From assembly GCA_964276515.1 (NCBI GenBank), contig OZ193909.1:6820001-6884000 (forward strand): a stretch of DNA of 64,000 bases, in the 5' to 3' direction. Below are positions 63,858-64,000 of the stretch, in pieces. The stretch's first letter is position 1. Each line of letters begins with the position of its first letter. Origin of the DNA: Gordius albopunctatus. Taxonomy: Eukaryota. The notes beneath the pieces are model-generated. The model searched no databases, was not told the DNA's origin, and saw only the letters and a list, made by a program, of their open reading frames with translations. The position numbers and the translations under genes were made by a program.

Positions 63858-64000
63858 AAGTGTAAATAAAAAACCTGTTAGGCAAAATATTTAATATTCA
63901 TTTTGTGAACATATTTTTCAACAGTATTATATGTGCTAAATTTAATATGCAATAAACTTTTGATCTTGCATTGTATATTAGAAGGAGCAAAAAATTATCT

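Overview
AT-rich eukaryotic (animal, probably invertebrate) genomic DNA with spliceosomal introns and dense transposon content. The organism cannot be identified from this window. Host genes: one tetraspanin exon (-); a 4-exon synaptotagmin-like TM + C2-domain gene (+, 15546-18604); and three NRF-6-like / acyltransferase-3 paralogues (20037-22903 -, 29825-32755 -, 35358-39470 +). Mobile DNA: several Ty3/gypsy remnants; an 882-bp almost fully palindromic hAT-type element; a Helitron with both ends; a near-complete RTE LINE; many short hAT-type MITEs; and a transposon nest at 52491-63857. In the nest, a hAT-type shell holds a piggyBac, which holds a hAT MITE and an apparently intact intron-containing Hermes/hobo-like hAT; a CsRn1-clade gypsy sits in the shell's right target-site duplication. 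The most unusual signal is in two divergent Ty3/gypsy elements (about 25.1-27.9 kb, -; about 44.3-46.2 kb, +). Neither shows a recognisable capsid region between PBS and protease. Both instead share a conserved ~35-aa hydrophobic small ORF, a hydrophobic segment fused directly to the CCHC knuckle, and an Asn/Tyr/Arg/Gly-rich tail. All gene models and boundaries were derived by eye, without database searches.
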